A DNA stretch of 64,000 nt from an uncultured delta proteobacterium (GTDB taxonomy: Bacteria; Myxococcota_A; Polyangia; Polyangiales; Polyangiaceae). Of the stretch, positions 26,531 to 35,573 are shown piece after piece (position 1 is the first letter of the stretch; every line of letters starts with the position of its first letter). A program made the position numbers and the translations under genes. The notes under the pieces were generated by a model. The model was not told the origin of the DNA. It searched no databases and saw only the letters and a list, made by a program, of their open reading frames with translations. The stretch lies in contig CAVXQZ010000002.1 of the NCBI GenBank assembly GCA_963764075.1, forward strand, positions 76,915 to 140,914, written 5' to 3'.

Positions 26531-28652
26531 TGCAGCGCCGTCGAGATGGCATTGGTCCAGTGGACGGCGCTGCACTAGCGAACTCGCGGGAGCGAGTTCG
26601 GGGTTCGGGCGGAGCCCGAGGGACAAAACCAGTGCAGCGCCGTCGAGATGGCATTGGTCCAGTGGACGGCGCTGCACGAGCGAACTCGCGGGAGCGAGTT
26701 CGGGGTTCGGGCGGCGCGGATCGCAAATCGAGCTGAATCCCGATTTCGATGACCTGCCGCGGCGGGATCTTGAAATGGCGGTCGGCCGTGACGGCGTTGC
26801 GCTGGAGATAGCTGAACAGCCCTTCGGCGAACTGCCCCATCCCGCCCTCCTTTCCGGCCTGAACGGACTCGCGCCCGAGGTAGTACGTGGTGTCCTTGAG
26901 GTCGATGGCGAGCCTGAGCAGCGAAGTCGCCTCAAGGAGAGCGGCCGGGACGTCGGGCTGTTGCATGAAGCCGTAGCGCGTGACGACCTGGTGCACGCCG
27001 TCCCCCAGAGACTTCACTTGCAGACGTCGATCGGCGGGCACCTCCGGAACCGTCTCGGTGAGGACCGTGAGGAGAAGAACATGCTCGTGCAGCGACTTCT
27101 GTCGCTCGACGACGTGCACGAGGATCGGCGGGACGTGCGTCGTGCTCGACGACATGAAGACGGCCATTCCGGGGACGCGCGCAGCGAGGCGAGCCAAGAG
27201 ACGCGGCAGTCCATCTTCAATCGACGCGCTTCGCCGCAGATATTGCTCGACGATGAGAGTCCTTCCTTTGCTCCAGATGAGCATCGAGGCGATAAAGCCG
27301 ATTCCGATGAGGACGGGCACCCATCCTCCGTCGAGAATCTTCACCGTGTTCGCCGCAAAGAAGGGGAGGTCGAACGACAAAAAGAGGACCAGGATCCCCA
27401 CCGAGACCGGTCGCGACCAACCCCACGTGTGCCGCATCACGACGTAATAGACCACCGACGTCAGGGCCATCGTCCCGGTGACCGCGATTCCGTACGCGGA
27501 GGCGAGCCGTTCGGACTTGCCGAAGCCGACGACGAGAAGGAGGCATCCGGCGGCGAGAATCCAGTTGATCTGCGGGATGTAGATTTGGCCTTCCGTGTGC
27601 GCCGCCGTGTGGCGAATGGTCACTCGGGGAAAGTAACCGAGCTGCATCGCCTGTCGGGTCAGCGAGAAGGCGCCCGAAATCAAGGCCTGCGACGCGATGA
27701 CCGTCGCCGCGCTCGACAGCCCCACGAGAGCGAGGGTGGCGCCGCCTGCCGGGACCATCGAGAAGAAAGGGTTCTCGATGGCGGACGGCGTGCGAAGCAC
27801 GAGCGCTCCCTGCCCGAAGTAGCAAAGCACGAGGGCGGGCATCGCCACCGCGAGCCACGCGAGGCGGATAGGACGAGCGCCGAAGTGACCCATGTCGGCG
27901 TAAAGGGCCTCGCCCCCGGTCACGGCGAGCACGACCGAGCCAAGGACGAGGAAGCCGGGAACCCCGTGACGGACGAAGTATTGGACCGCGTGGTGCGGCG
28001 AAAGCGCCCCCAGGATCTGAGGCTTCAGGAACACTTGGTAGGCTCCGAGCGCTCCAATCGTCGAAAACCAGACGAGCATGATCGGCCCGAAGAGCGCCCC
28101 GACCGCGCCGGTTCCGCGCTTCTGGACGATGAAGAGGGCCAGGAGAATGAGGCACGTCAGCGGCACGATGGCCGATTCCATCGACGGTCGCGCCACGCTG
28201 AGCCCTTCGATCGCGCTCAGTACGGAGATGGCCGGCGTGATTGCGCCGTCGCCATAGAGCAGCGCCGCACCGACGACGACCGCGAGCGCGACCCACGAGA
28301 TGCGCTTCGTGTTCTTCATGCGCAGGCGCTCGGGCACGACCGCAAGGAGGGCGAAAATCCCTCCTTCGCCGTGGCTGTCCGCGCGCATGATGAACGTCAG
28401 GTACTTGACCGTGACGACCATGGTCAGTGACCAGAAGATGAGGGACAGGAGTCCGTAGACGTCCGCCGTGGACGCTTCTTCGGCCCTGCCCTGATGAAGG
28501 CACTCCCGCAGCGTGTAAAGCGGACTGGTTCCGATGTCGCCGAAGACGACGCCCAGCGCGCCCAGGGTGAGGGCCGAAAGCGGAGCTCTGGCATGAGCGC
28601 TCACGGTCGCCCCTGGTCGCGAGGGCAGGTTCGACGGAATCGCGTTATCCAT
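26280..28652 (-). CDS. kup: KUP/HAK/KT potassium uptake transporter; the ORF lacks a stop at the canonical end and runs on for 147 extra codons
   Basis: ALGVVFGDIGTSPLYTLRECL at the N-terminus. The canonical C-terminus HFKIPPRQVIEIGIQLDL ends at 26724 (compare E. coli ...PPNRVIELGTQVEI-stop). The next in-frame stop is at 26280, after the repeats. Confidence 0.85.
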   Translation of the reverse strand: MDNAIPSNLPSRPGATVSAHARAPLSALTLGALGVVFGDIGTSPLYTLRECLHQGRAEEASTADVYGLLSLIFWSLTMVVTVKYLTFIMRADSHGEGGIFALLAVVPERLRMKNTKRISWVALAVVVGAALLYGDGAITPAISVLSAIEGLSVARPSMESAIVPLTCLILLALFIVQKRGTGAVGALFGPIMLVWFSTIGALGAYQVFLKPQILGALSPHHAVQYFVRHGVPGFLVLGSVVLAVTGGEALYADMGHFGARPIRLAWLAVAMPALVLCYFGQGALVLRTPSAIENPFFSMVPAGGATLALVGLSSAATVIASQALISGAFSLTRQAMQLGYFPRVTIRHTAAHTEGQIYIPQINWILAAGCLLLVVGFGKSERLASAYGIAVTGTMALTSVVYYVVMRHTWGWSRPVSVGILVLFLSFDLPFFAANTVKILDGGWVPVLIGIGFIASMLIWSKGRTLIVEQYLRRSASIEDGLPRLLARLAARVPGMAVFMSSSTTHVPPILVHVVERQKSLHEHVLLLTVLTETVPEVPADRRLQVKSLGDGVHQVVTRYGFMQQPDVPAALLEATSLLRLAIDLKDTTYYLGRESVQAGKEGGMGQFAEGLFSYLQRNAVTADRHFKIPPRQVIEIGIQLDLRSAPPEPRTRSREFARAAPSTGPMPSRRRCTGFVPRAPPEPRTRSREFASAAPSTGPMPSRRRCTSSSCATDCARARSSSAHLRAHGSRPPESPSIPRPGAALRNGSPRCESPVGGRRRAPRRRRRSRRIQSSRRRPPYREPRRDEA
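26529..26714. repeat. two direct copies (84 bp each, 18-bp spacer, 102-bp period, 1 mismatch) of a double-hairpin palindromic element
   Basis: Copy 1 is 26529-26612 and copy 2 is 26631-26714. Each has a 16-bp stem CTAGTGCAGCGCCGTC/GACGGCGCTGCACTAG around a 20-nt loop, plus a 9-bp stem CGAACTCGC-GGGA-GCGAGTTCG. Confidence 0.95.
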
Positions 28653-28817
28653 GAGTCTGCTGATAGCGGATCGCCGTCGGGAATGGATCACCGCCGTGAC
28701 GCATCGCGCAGGTGCCTTCGGGCTGAAACACGTCGGAAACGGGCTCTAGCCTCGCGAACGTACTAATTTTGTCACTCAGCCGTCGCCAAGCTCAACCATC
28801 GTGGCCGCCAAAATGAG

Positions 28818-30488
28818 GTGGCCATCGTGATCAGAACTCTCACTCTCCCCGTCTGCTCGATCCTGCTGTGCACCCCTGGCCTGGCGTTCGCACAGGGTGC
28901 GCCGGCGCCTCTGCCGTCGGCGCCGCCGACCGCAACGGCGCCCGCGCCTCTGCCACCCGCGCCGCCGACCTGGCAGTCTCCGCCAGCCGCCGCGCCGCCG
29001 ACGTACCCGACCTACCCGCCGGCGCCCGCGCCCGAACCCGCCTATCCGGCGCCGCCGCCTCCGCCGGCATCGCAGCCGACGTTCGGGTCTCCGGTGGAGC
29101 TGACGTCGCTGCGACTGATGCGCGAAAAGGGCGTCATCTCGCAGGCGGAATACGAGAGCGCCGTGCACGATCTGTCGGAGAGCGTGGGGTCCACCGCCGC
29201 TCGTCAAACGGGGACGGTGGTCATGGGGAAGTGGGCGACCACGCTCTATGGCTTCGTCGAGGCCGACGCCATCTCCGACTCGACCCAAAGCTTCACCGAT
29301 CTCGTGGGCGGCACAATGGTCGCACGCGCCGGATCGCTCGCTGGATCGAACTATCGCTTCCAGATGGGAGCTCGCAACTCGCGCATCGGCATGCGCATGA
29401 AGGCGCCCGAAGTATGGGGGGTTCGCGCCACGTCGCAGCTCGAGTTCGACTTTCTCGGTGAGCCGAGCATCGTGGGCGCCACGAGCACCGCCTATTCGAT
29501 CAGCGGCATCGGTGAAAACCCGTACTGGGCGAATCCGGTCCTGCGCCTCCGCCACCTGAACCTCAAAGTCGAGACACCCGTCGTCGACGTTCTCTTCGGG
29601 CAGTACTGGCAGCTCTTCGGTTGGCAGTCGGCGTACCAACCCTCCACCGTCGAGCTTCAAGGCGTGCCGGGCGAAATTTACTCGCGAACGACTCAGTTCC
29701 GCATCAGCAAGACGGTCAAAGCGGACCCGGTGACGTTCGAAATCGCGGTCGCCGCCACGCGCCCGGTGCAGCGCGACACGGGCATCCCGGACGGTCAGGG
29801 GGGTATTCGCCTCGCGGTCGACTCGTGGACCGGCGTGCAGACCGTCGGTTCCACGGGCACGCAGATTTCGCCCATGTCGATCGCGGCGACGGGGCTGGTG
29901 CGCCGCGTCGAAGTGAACGCGTTTCAGGCGGTTCCGAAGACCACCAAAGAGCTGACGATGAGCGCGCTCGCGGTCGACGCGTACCTCCCGGTCTTGCCGG
30001 GAACGAAGGAGGAGAAGGGAAACTCGCTCTCCTTCAACGGCGAATTCGCGACGGGGTACGGCTTCGCCGACATGTACACCAGCCTGACGGGCGGCATCAC
30101 CTTCCCCACGTATCCAGCCCCCCCGGCCGGCGGGACTCAAGCGATTCCGAACATCGACAACGGCATCGTCACGTTCGATTCCGGCGGCGGGATACACGGT
30201 ATCCAATGGACCACCTGGCTATTCGGCGGACAGTATTACTTGCCTGGTCTCGACGGGAAGCTCTTCGTCACGGGCAACTACTCGCACATGCAGTCGGCGA
30301 ATAGCCACTATTACGGGACCGCGAGCAAGACGGAAGCTGCCGAGGACTGGTTCGACGTGAACCTCTTCGGCGATCCGTTGCCCGCCGTGCGAATCGGGCT
30401 CGAATACGCCAACTTCAATACGATGACGGTGGACGGCATCCACTCGATCAATCACCGCATCCAGCTCTCGGGCTTCTACATCTTCTAA
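28818..30488 (+). CDS. outer-membrane beta-barrel porin-like protein with a Pro-rich linker and a SHOCT-like segment
   Basis: Signal peptide ...LLCTPGLAFAQG, a PAP-rich low-complexity stretch, LMREKGVISQAEYESAV, then alternating beta-strand pattern ending ...HRIQLSGFYIF (C-terminal Phe). Confidence 0.6.
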   Translation: MAIVIRTLTLPVCSILLCTPGLAFAQGAPAPLPSAPPTATAPAPLPPAPPTWQSPPAAAPPTYPTYPPAPAPEPAYPAPPPPPASQPTFGSPVELTSLRLMREKGVISQAEYESAVHDLSESVGSTAARQTGTVVMGKWATTLYGFVEADAISDSTQSFTDLVGGTMVARAGSLAGSNYRFQMGARNSRIGMRMKAPEVWGVRATSQLEFDFLGEPSIVGATSTAYSISGIGENPYWANPVLRLRHLNLKVETPVVDVLFGQYWQLFGWQSAYQPSTVELQGVPGEIYSRTTQFRISKTVKADPVTFEIAVAATRPVQRDTGIPDGQGGIRLAVDSWTGVQTVGSTGTQISPMSIAATGLVRRVEVNAFQAVPKTTKELTMSALAVDAYLPVLPGTKEEKGNSLSFNGEFATGYGFADMYTSLTGGITFPTYPAPPAGGTQAIPNIDNGIVTFDSGGGIHGIQWTTWLFGGQYYLPGLDGKLFVTGNYSHMQSANSHYYGTASKTEAAEDWFDVNLFGDPLPAVRIGLEYANFNTMTVDGIHSINHRIQLSGFYIF

Positions 30489-30523
30489 AGCGTTCGTCCG
30501 GTTCCGAACGCGCCGTAGTGTCC

Positions 30524-30560
30524 CCCCTCTCCGGGCGCCTCCGGCGTTCGCGGAGAGGGG
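30524..30560. terminator. hairpin between the convergent porin and regulator genes (candidate bidirectional terminator)
   Basis: 10-bp stem CCCCTCTCCG/CGGAGAGGGG with a 17-nt loop. No clear U-tract. Confidence 0.35.
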
Positions 30561-30588
30561 CGGTCCGCTTCGGGGCGGCGACAAGCGC

Positions 30589-31974
30589 CTACTCGGCGCT
30601 CACCCACTTCGCGAGGGTCTTGGCGTCGACGCCGAGCGCTTCGGCCGCGCGCGTTTTGTTTCCGCCGCAGCGCTCGAGCGCCCACGCGGCGTACCGCCGC
30701 TGCACTTCGCGGATCGGCAGCACGGCGCCGTCGCGCGTCTCGAGCGCGTTCGGTATGCCCGGCGGCAGCCCGCGCGCCATCGTGGTGGGCAGGTCCGCGA
30801 CGTGTCCCTCGACATCCCGGGCCAGCAGCACCGCGCGCTCGATGGTGTGTCCGAGCTCGCGCACGTTGCCGGGCCACTCGTACTCCATCAGCTTGGCCAT
30901 CGCGTCGGGCGCGAAGCGCTCCACCCGGGCGCGCGGGTGTTTGGCCCTCGCCTTGCGCAGCAGGTGCTCGGCGAGCAGCGGAATGTCTTCTCGACGGTGC
31001 CGCAGCGCGGGAATGTCTATTGTTACGACGTCGAGTCGATAGAGCAAGTCTTCGCGGAAGGCCCCGGCGCGCGCTCGCTCACGCAGATCTCGATGTGTGG
31101 CCGCAAGGACGCGCACGTCCACCGGTTGCTCTCGGTTCGACCCAACGGCGCGCACCGTGCCGGTCTCGAGGACCTGAAGCAGCTTGGCCTGAAGCGCGGG
31201 AGACATTTCACCGACTTCGTCGAGCAGGAGTGTGCCCCGATCGGCCTCGGCGAAAAGGCCGCGGCGCGCGCCGGTCGCGCCCGTGAAGGCTCCCTTCACG
31301 TGCCCGAAAAGCTCGCTCTCGAGCAGTGATTCGGGGAGCGCCGAGCAGTTGACGGCGACGAACGGCCCCGCACCGCGCACGCTGGTCGCATGGATGGCCC
31401 GCGCGAGCGCCGTCTTTCCCGTGCCCGTTTCGCCGACGATCAGCACCGGCGTCGCCGCATCGGCGACCAGTGCGGCGAGGTCGAACACTTCGCGCATGCC
31501 GGCGCTCGCCGCCACCAGCGCGCCGAGGCTGTGCTCGTCGCGCAACGCGGCCCGCAGGGTGCGCGTTTCGCGCCGCAGATTCAGGTCGTCGAGCGCCCGG
31601 CGCAGAAACAGGGCCAATTCGTCGAGCGGAAACGGCTTGGTCAGGTAGTGGTAGGCGCCGTTGCGGATCGCGTCGACGGCGGTCTCGATCGCGCCGTAGG
31701 CGGTCATCACGATGACCGGACGCTCGGGGGCGAGCTTGCGGGAAATGGCGAGCAACCCCATTCCGTCGACCTTCGGCATCCGCAGATCGGTCACGACGGC
31801 GTCGATCGGTTCCGCCTCGATCCTCGTGGCCGCTTCGGCGCTCGAAGCGCAGGCTATCGCGGCAAATCCACGGTCGCCGAGCCCTTCGGCGAGCGTCTCG
31901 GCCATTTCGACGTGATCGTCGACGATGAGCACGCGGGGCTTCACGGGGTATTGGCACCCGACGATAGCGTGCAT
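30589..31974 (-). CDS. sigma-54-dependent Fis-family response regulator (NtrC type)
   Basis: Receiver (VLIVDDHVEM...AVVTDLRMPKVDG), AAA+ domain (VLIVGETGTGKTALARAIH, ESELFGHVKGAFTGA, LLLDEVGEM) and C-terminal HTH (GGNKTRAAEALGVDAKTLAKW). Confidence 0.92.
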   Translation of the reverse strand: MHAIVGCQYPVKPRVLIVDDHVEMAETLAEGLGDRGFAAIACASSAEAATRIEAEPIDAVVTDLRMPKVDGMGLLAISRKLAPERPVIVMTAYGAIETAVDAIRNGAYHYLTKPFPLDELALFLRRALDDLNLRRETRTLRAALRDEHSLGALVAASAGMREVFDLAALVADAATPVLIVGETGTGKTALARAIHATSVRGAGPFVAVNCSALPESLLESELFGHVKGAFTGATGARRGLFAEADRGTLLLDEVGEMSPALQAKLLQVLETGTVRAVGSNREQPVDVRVLAATHRDLRERARAGAFREDLLYRLDVVTIDIPALRHRREDIPLLAEHLLRKARAKHPRARVERFAPDAMAKLMEYEWPGNVRELGHTIERAVLLARDVEGHVADLPTTMARGLPPGIPNALETRDGAVLPIREVQRRYAAWALERCGGNKTRAAEALGVDAKTLAKWVSAE

Positions 31975-32049
31975 TTCGCAAGAAGAGCGGTGCCGCGCCG
32001 GGCGGCTTCGACCGCTCGCGCCCGTCCATCGTCGCCGGGCCGCGCCGCG

Positions 32050-32484
32050 CTACGCGTCGGACCGGCCGGCGTCGCGCAAAAGCGCCCGCGCGAGCTCTGC
32101 GTCGCGTGCGAGAAGCCAGCCCGAGAGCTTCGAGAGCACCGCGCGCAGATCGCCACGCTCCACGAGCGTTGCCCCCGCTTGTGCGATGCGGGTCCAGTCC
32201 GGACTGGGCCGGGCGAGTACGATCGCACGCGACGCGGCCGGATGGTGCAAACTGGCCAGATCGCGCACGAGGTCGACGCCCCGCTCGTCGGGAAGCTCGT
32301 TGTCGACGACGAGTGCGTCGATGTCCGGGCGGCACGCCAGCCAGTCGCGTGCCCCACGCGCATTGCCCGCTTCGATCACGCCGAACGCGCGGCTGAGCGC
32401 GCGCCACATCCAGTGCCTGGACGTGATGCTCGGGTCGACCAGAAGCACGAGCGGAAGTCCCCCCAAGCCAATTTGTAGACTCAT
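32050..32484 (-). CDS. receiver-like single-domain protein
   Basis: 144-aa ORF with LVLLVDPS...IDALVVDNELPDERG...AIVLARP. The receiver fold is plausible, but the acidic pocket is only partly conserved. Confidence 0.55.
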   Translation of the reverse strand: MSLQIGLGGLPLVLLVDPSITSRHWMWRALSRAFGVIEAGNARGARDWLACRPDIDALVVDNELPDERGVDLVRDLASLHHPAASRAIVLARPSPDWTRIAQAGATLVERGDLRAVLSKLSGWLLARDAELARALLRDAGRSDA

Positions 32485-32634
32485 CTTGGTCGATTGCCCC
32501 CGGTGATTTTTCTGCAGCCCGCGGCCAAAGTGGGTCCGAGCGTTGAACGCGCGGCAAAGACGCGCAAGCGGGCCGTTGTACGAAATGGCCTCGCGGAGCC
32601 TACGCTCCCGGCCGGCGCCGGTGTGAAAAACCGT

Positions 32635-33489
32635 TTAGAAGTCCCACCAGGCGCACCCGGCGGGTGTGAGCATGAGCCCGGCAATGTGCGTGTGGGCACC
32701 AGCGAAATCGCCCGTGACGCTCGCGTACGAGACGTCGAGCTCCAATGCAACGTGCACGTGGCGAAAGCCGATCGCCGCTCCGAGGAGACCGCCTCCCCAC
32801 CAGCGCATCGCAGAAAGGGGAGGGGGCGAAGGCTCCATTGCGCCTTCGCTCGGGCCGGCGGCGATGCCGACGTGCTCGAAGCCGCCGCGCACTCCAACCC
32901 AGATTGCATAGAGGCCGCCGTCGCTCTCGTACCCGACGAGCAGCGGAGCGTCTGCGCCCCAGCCGTGGAGCGTTTCGAGATCCACGTCGGGAACGCTCTC
33001 ACCCGACTGCTGCCCGGCGAGCACAGCCGAGCCCGCGACGCCGAGCGAGACCGCCCAGGTTCGCGAGAGGTCGAACGATCTGCGTACGTCTGCTCGAGCC
33101 CCGCGGCCCGTGTACGTCAGGCCGCCTTCGACGTTCTGCCCGAACCCGACGCGCGCGCCCGCCAGAGGCGCGATCCCTGGGGCAACCGACGCCTCGACCA
33201 AGGCTGCTCTCGCGGTGGCCTCGTCGCCGTCCGCGCCGGGGGGCGCGTTCCCGTGCGTGGAGGCGCGGAGCGCGTCGGCGAGCGCCCCGGCGGCCATGTT
33301 CGCGCTGAACCCGGCGGCCGCGCGCACTTGCCCCGGGTCAAGTGTCTGCGCCGGATGAAGCAGTGGCAGGCCGCCCCCACAGGCCACCGCCGCCCCCAGC
33401 GTGGGAATCCCAAAAAGGGCCAGCCTCGCGCCCGCGCGCCGACTTCTCTCGCTCTGAATCCCCGGCGGATCCACCGCCGCGCGCTTCAC
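32635..33489 (-). CDS. outer-membrane lipoprotein / small beta-barrel protein
   Basis: The GTG at 33489 overlaps the ferredoxin stop (GTGA). Signal plus lipobox LALFGIPTLGAAVACGG. The body is Gly/Ala-rich with a strand pattern and ends ...CAWWDF. Confidence 0.5.
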   Translation of the reverse strand: MKRAAVDPPGIQSERSRRAGARLALFGIPTLGAAVACGGGLPLLHPAQTLDPGQVRAAAGFSANMAAGALADALRASTHGNAPPGADGDEATARAALVEASVAPGIAPLAGARVGFGQNVEGGLTYTGRGARADVRRSFDLSRTWAVSLGVAGSAVLAGQQSGESVPDVDLETLHGWGADAPLLVGYESDGGLYAIWVGVRGGFEHVGIAAGPSEGAMEPSPPPLSAMRWWGGGLLGAAIGFRHVHVALELDVSYASVTGDFAGAHTHIAGLMLTPAGCAWWDF

Positions 33490-33791
33490 TTCCGAAAGCG
33501 CGACGGAAACGACCCGCCATCCGCTCGCTTCTTGAGCTCCGCGTCTTCGGGGTGAAGGCGGATCGCGCGCTCGAGCAGCATCTGCTCCTCTTCGCGGTGG
33601 TTCGGATCGGGGATGCAGCACTCCACGGGGCAAACGGCCTGACACGCCTCGTGATCGTGGAAGCCGACGCACTCGGTGCAGAGCTCGGGGTCGATGACGT
33701 AGATCTCGTCGCCTTCGCTGATCGCCTCGTTCGGGCACTCAGGTTCGCACGCGCCGCAGTTGATGCAGTCGGAGGTGATGTACGTAGACAT
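33486..33791 (-). CDS. YfhL-type 4Fe-4S ferredoxin
   Basis: MSTYITSDCINCGACEPECPNEAISEGDEIYVIDPELCTECVGFHDHEACQAVCPVECC. Start taken at the internal ATG at 33791. Confidence 0.9.
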   Translation of the reverse strand: MSTYITSDCINCGACEPECPNEAISEGDEIYVIDPELCTECVGFHDHEACQAVCPVECCIPDPNHREEEQMLLERAIRLHPEDAELKKRADGGSFPSRFRK

Positions 33792-33854
33792 GGAAAGCTC
33801 TGGGCCCTTTACCGCGGCGCTCAACGTAGGAACCGGTGAAGACGATGTCAACGG

Positions 33855-34580
33855 ATGCGATCGGCCATGGATCCCGCGCGAATGCTTGCGCCGCGGCAGG
33901 GGGCAAAGCTAGGGTGCGCGCCCGCCTTGCTCTGGAACGGACCGCGCGCTTTCGTTTTCTTCGCCGCGCCCGCGCTCGCGCTCGCCGCCTTCGCGCTCGT
34001 CGGCTGTACGCCCGCCATCGGGGATCAGTGCACGCTGTCGACCGACTGCTCGGTGCAGGGCACTCGGATTTGCGACACGACCCAGCCCAACGGCTATTGC
34101 ACGATTATCCCGTGCACCGGCAATAGCTGCCCGGACCATGCGGCGTGCGTCGAAATCGGCGCGAGTGTACCGGGCTGCCCGTACGACGACTATGCGGCGC
34201 CATCGCGCGTCGGGACTGCCATGTGCCTGAAGTCCTGCAATTCGGACTCCGATTGCAGGCAAAACGACGGCTACACGTGTGCAAGCCCGGCCGGCCCCGG
34301 GAGCTCGGCCGTCATCCTCGACACGAATCAGTCCCAGAAGGTCTGCTTGGTCGCGGGGCCTCCGGCGTCGTTCGTGGACGCTCAGGTGTGCTCTTCGAAC
34401 CGGATCGACGCCTCGCCCCTCGACGCCACGCTATCGGCCGCCGCCGAGGGCGTCGACGCCCCCGTGGACTCGCCCCTCATCGATACCGGGAGCGATTCGA
34501 CGGCGCTCGAGGCCGGGGACGATTCGACCGTAGAAGACGCCGCCGGCGATTCCACGGTCGCGGACGCAGGGAGCGAGTAG
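33855..34580 (+). CDS. Cys-rich secreted lipoprotein
   Basis: Lipobox LAAFALVGC followed by paired-Cys modules (CTLSTDCSVQGTRICD..., CLKSCNSDSDCRQNDGYTC) and an acidic tail. Confidence 0.65.
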   Translation: MRSAMDPARMLAPRQGAKLGCAPALLWNGPRAFVFFAAPALALAAFALVGCTPAIGDQCTLSTDCSVQGTRICDTTQPNGYCTIIPCTGNSCPDHAACVEIGASVPGCPYDDYAAPSRVGTAMCLKSCNSDSDCRQNDGYTCASPAGPGSSAVILDTNQSQKVCLVAGPPASFVDAQVCSSNRIDASPLDATLSAAAEGVDAPVDSPLIDTGSDSTALEAGDDSTVEDAAGDSTVADAGSE

Positions 34581-34613
34581 AAGCTTTCCGCATTTCCTGG
34601 GAAGCTCGAAAGC

Positions 34614-35573
34614 GTGCGAATCACGGGAGCCGGTGGTGTCGCGCGGGCCGTCGCCTCGAGGTTCCTCGAGTCGCTGATCGTCGTGCTCGTGCTCGCCTCC
34701 CTCGTCTTCTTCGCGCTTCGCCTCGTGCCCGGTGATCCCGCCACGCTGGTCCTCGGCGACGAGGCGACCGCGGCGGATCGCGCCCGCGTGCGCGCCGTGC
34801 TCCATCTCGACGAGCCGCTCGCGGCGCAGTACGCGCGCTTTCTGCGAGGCCTGGTCACGCTCGACCTGGGCGACTCCTTCCGCCAGCCGGGGACGCGCGC
34901 GATGGCGCGCGTGGGCGAAGCCGTCGTTCCGACCGCCGAGCTCGCGCTGCTCGCCGTGGCGCTCGGTGCCGGGGCGGGGGTCGCCGGAGCGGTTGCGGCG
35001 AGCGGTCCGTGGCTCTCGGCCCGCATGGGTCGCGGGATCGATCGCATGTTCGTCGTGGTCGCGGCCGCGCCGCTGGTCGCATTCGCGCCGGTGGCGACCT
35101 GGGCTCTTGCCGCGCGCGCGCGGATCGTGCCCCTCCCCGGCGATCCGCAGGCGGGGCTAGCGGGGCTGCTGTTCGCGAGCGCCCTTCTGGCCGTTCCGCT
35201 CGGCGCCCACGTGGGTCGCATCGCGCGCGCGGCTCTTTCGGAAGTCGCGGGGGCGCAGTTTCTCGTCAGCGCGAGGGCGAAGGGAATGGCACCGATCCGC
35301 GTGTGGGTCGTGCATGCCCTTCCAACCGTCGTCGGTCCGATCGTCACGACCGTGGCGTCCCAGCTCGGCGCCCTCCTCGGAGGAGCGGTCGTTCTCGAGC
35401 GCATGTTCGAGCGCCGAGGGCTCGGCACCCTCATTCTCGAGGCCTACGCCGCGCGCGATTTGCCCGTTCTCGAAGGGGCCGTGGTCGCCGCGGGGCTCTT
35501 GTTCGCCCTGGCCCAGGGGCTCGGATCGGCGCTCCACGCGGCGATCGACCCCCGCGTGCGCGGCGTACGGTGA
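34614..35573 (+). CDS. ABC transporter permease, DppB/OppB-like
   Basis: FLESLIVVLVLASLVFFALRLVPGDP...LGLDEPL-type N-terminus and a binding-protein-dependent inner-membrane component pattern. Confidence 0.8.
   Translation: MRITGAGGVARAVASRFLESLIVVLVLASLVFFALRLVPGDPATLVLGDEATAADRARVRAVLHLDEPLAAQYARFLRGLVTLDLGDSFRQPGTRAMARVGEAVVPTAELALLAVALGAGAGVAGAVAASGPWLSARMGRGIDRMFVVVAAAPLVAFAPVATWALAARARIVPLPGDPQAGLAGLLFASALLAVPLGAHVGRIARAALSEVAGAQFLVSARAKGMAPIRVWVVHALPTVVGPIVTTVASQLGALLGGAVVLERMFERRGLGTLILEAYAARDLPVLEGAVVAAGLLFALAQGLGSALHAAIDPRVRGVR

Noticed and set aside
26529-26714. A CRISPR array.
   Set aside because: There are only two 84-bp repeat copies with one 18-bp spacer. The repeats are long double hairpins lying at a gene end, and there are no cas genes in the window.
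28653-28817. A c-di-AMP (ydaO/kimA-type) riboswitch in the kup 5' leader.
   Set aside because: I could not find the paired pseudo-symmetric ACGGGG/CCCGA-type conserved cores. Only a covariance-model scan could settle this, and nothing seen by eye supports it.
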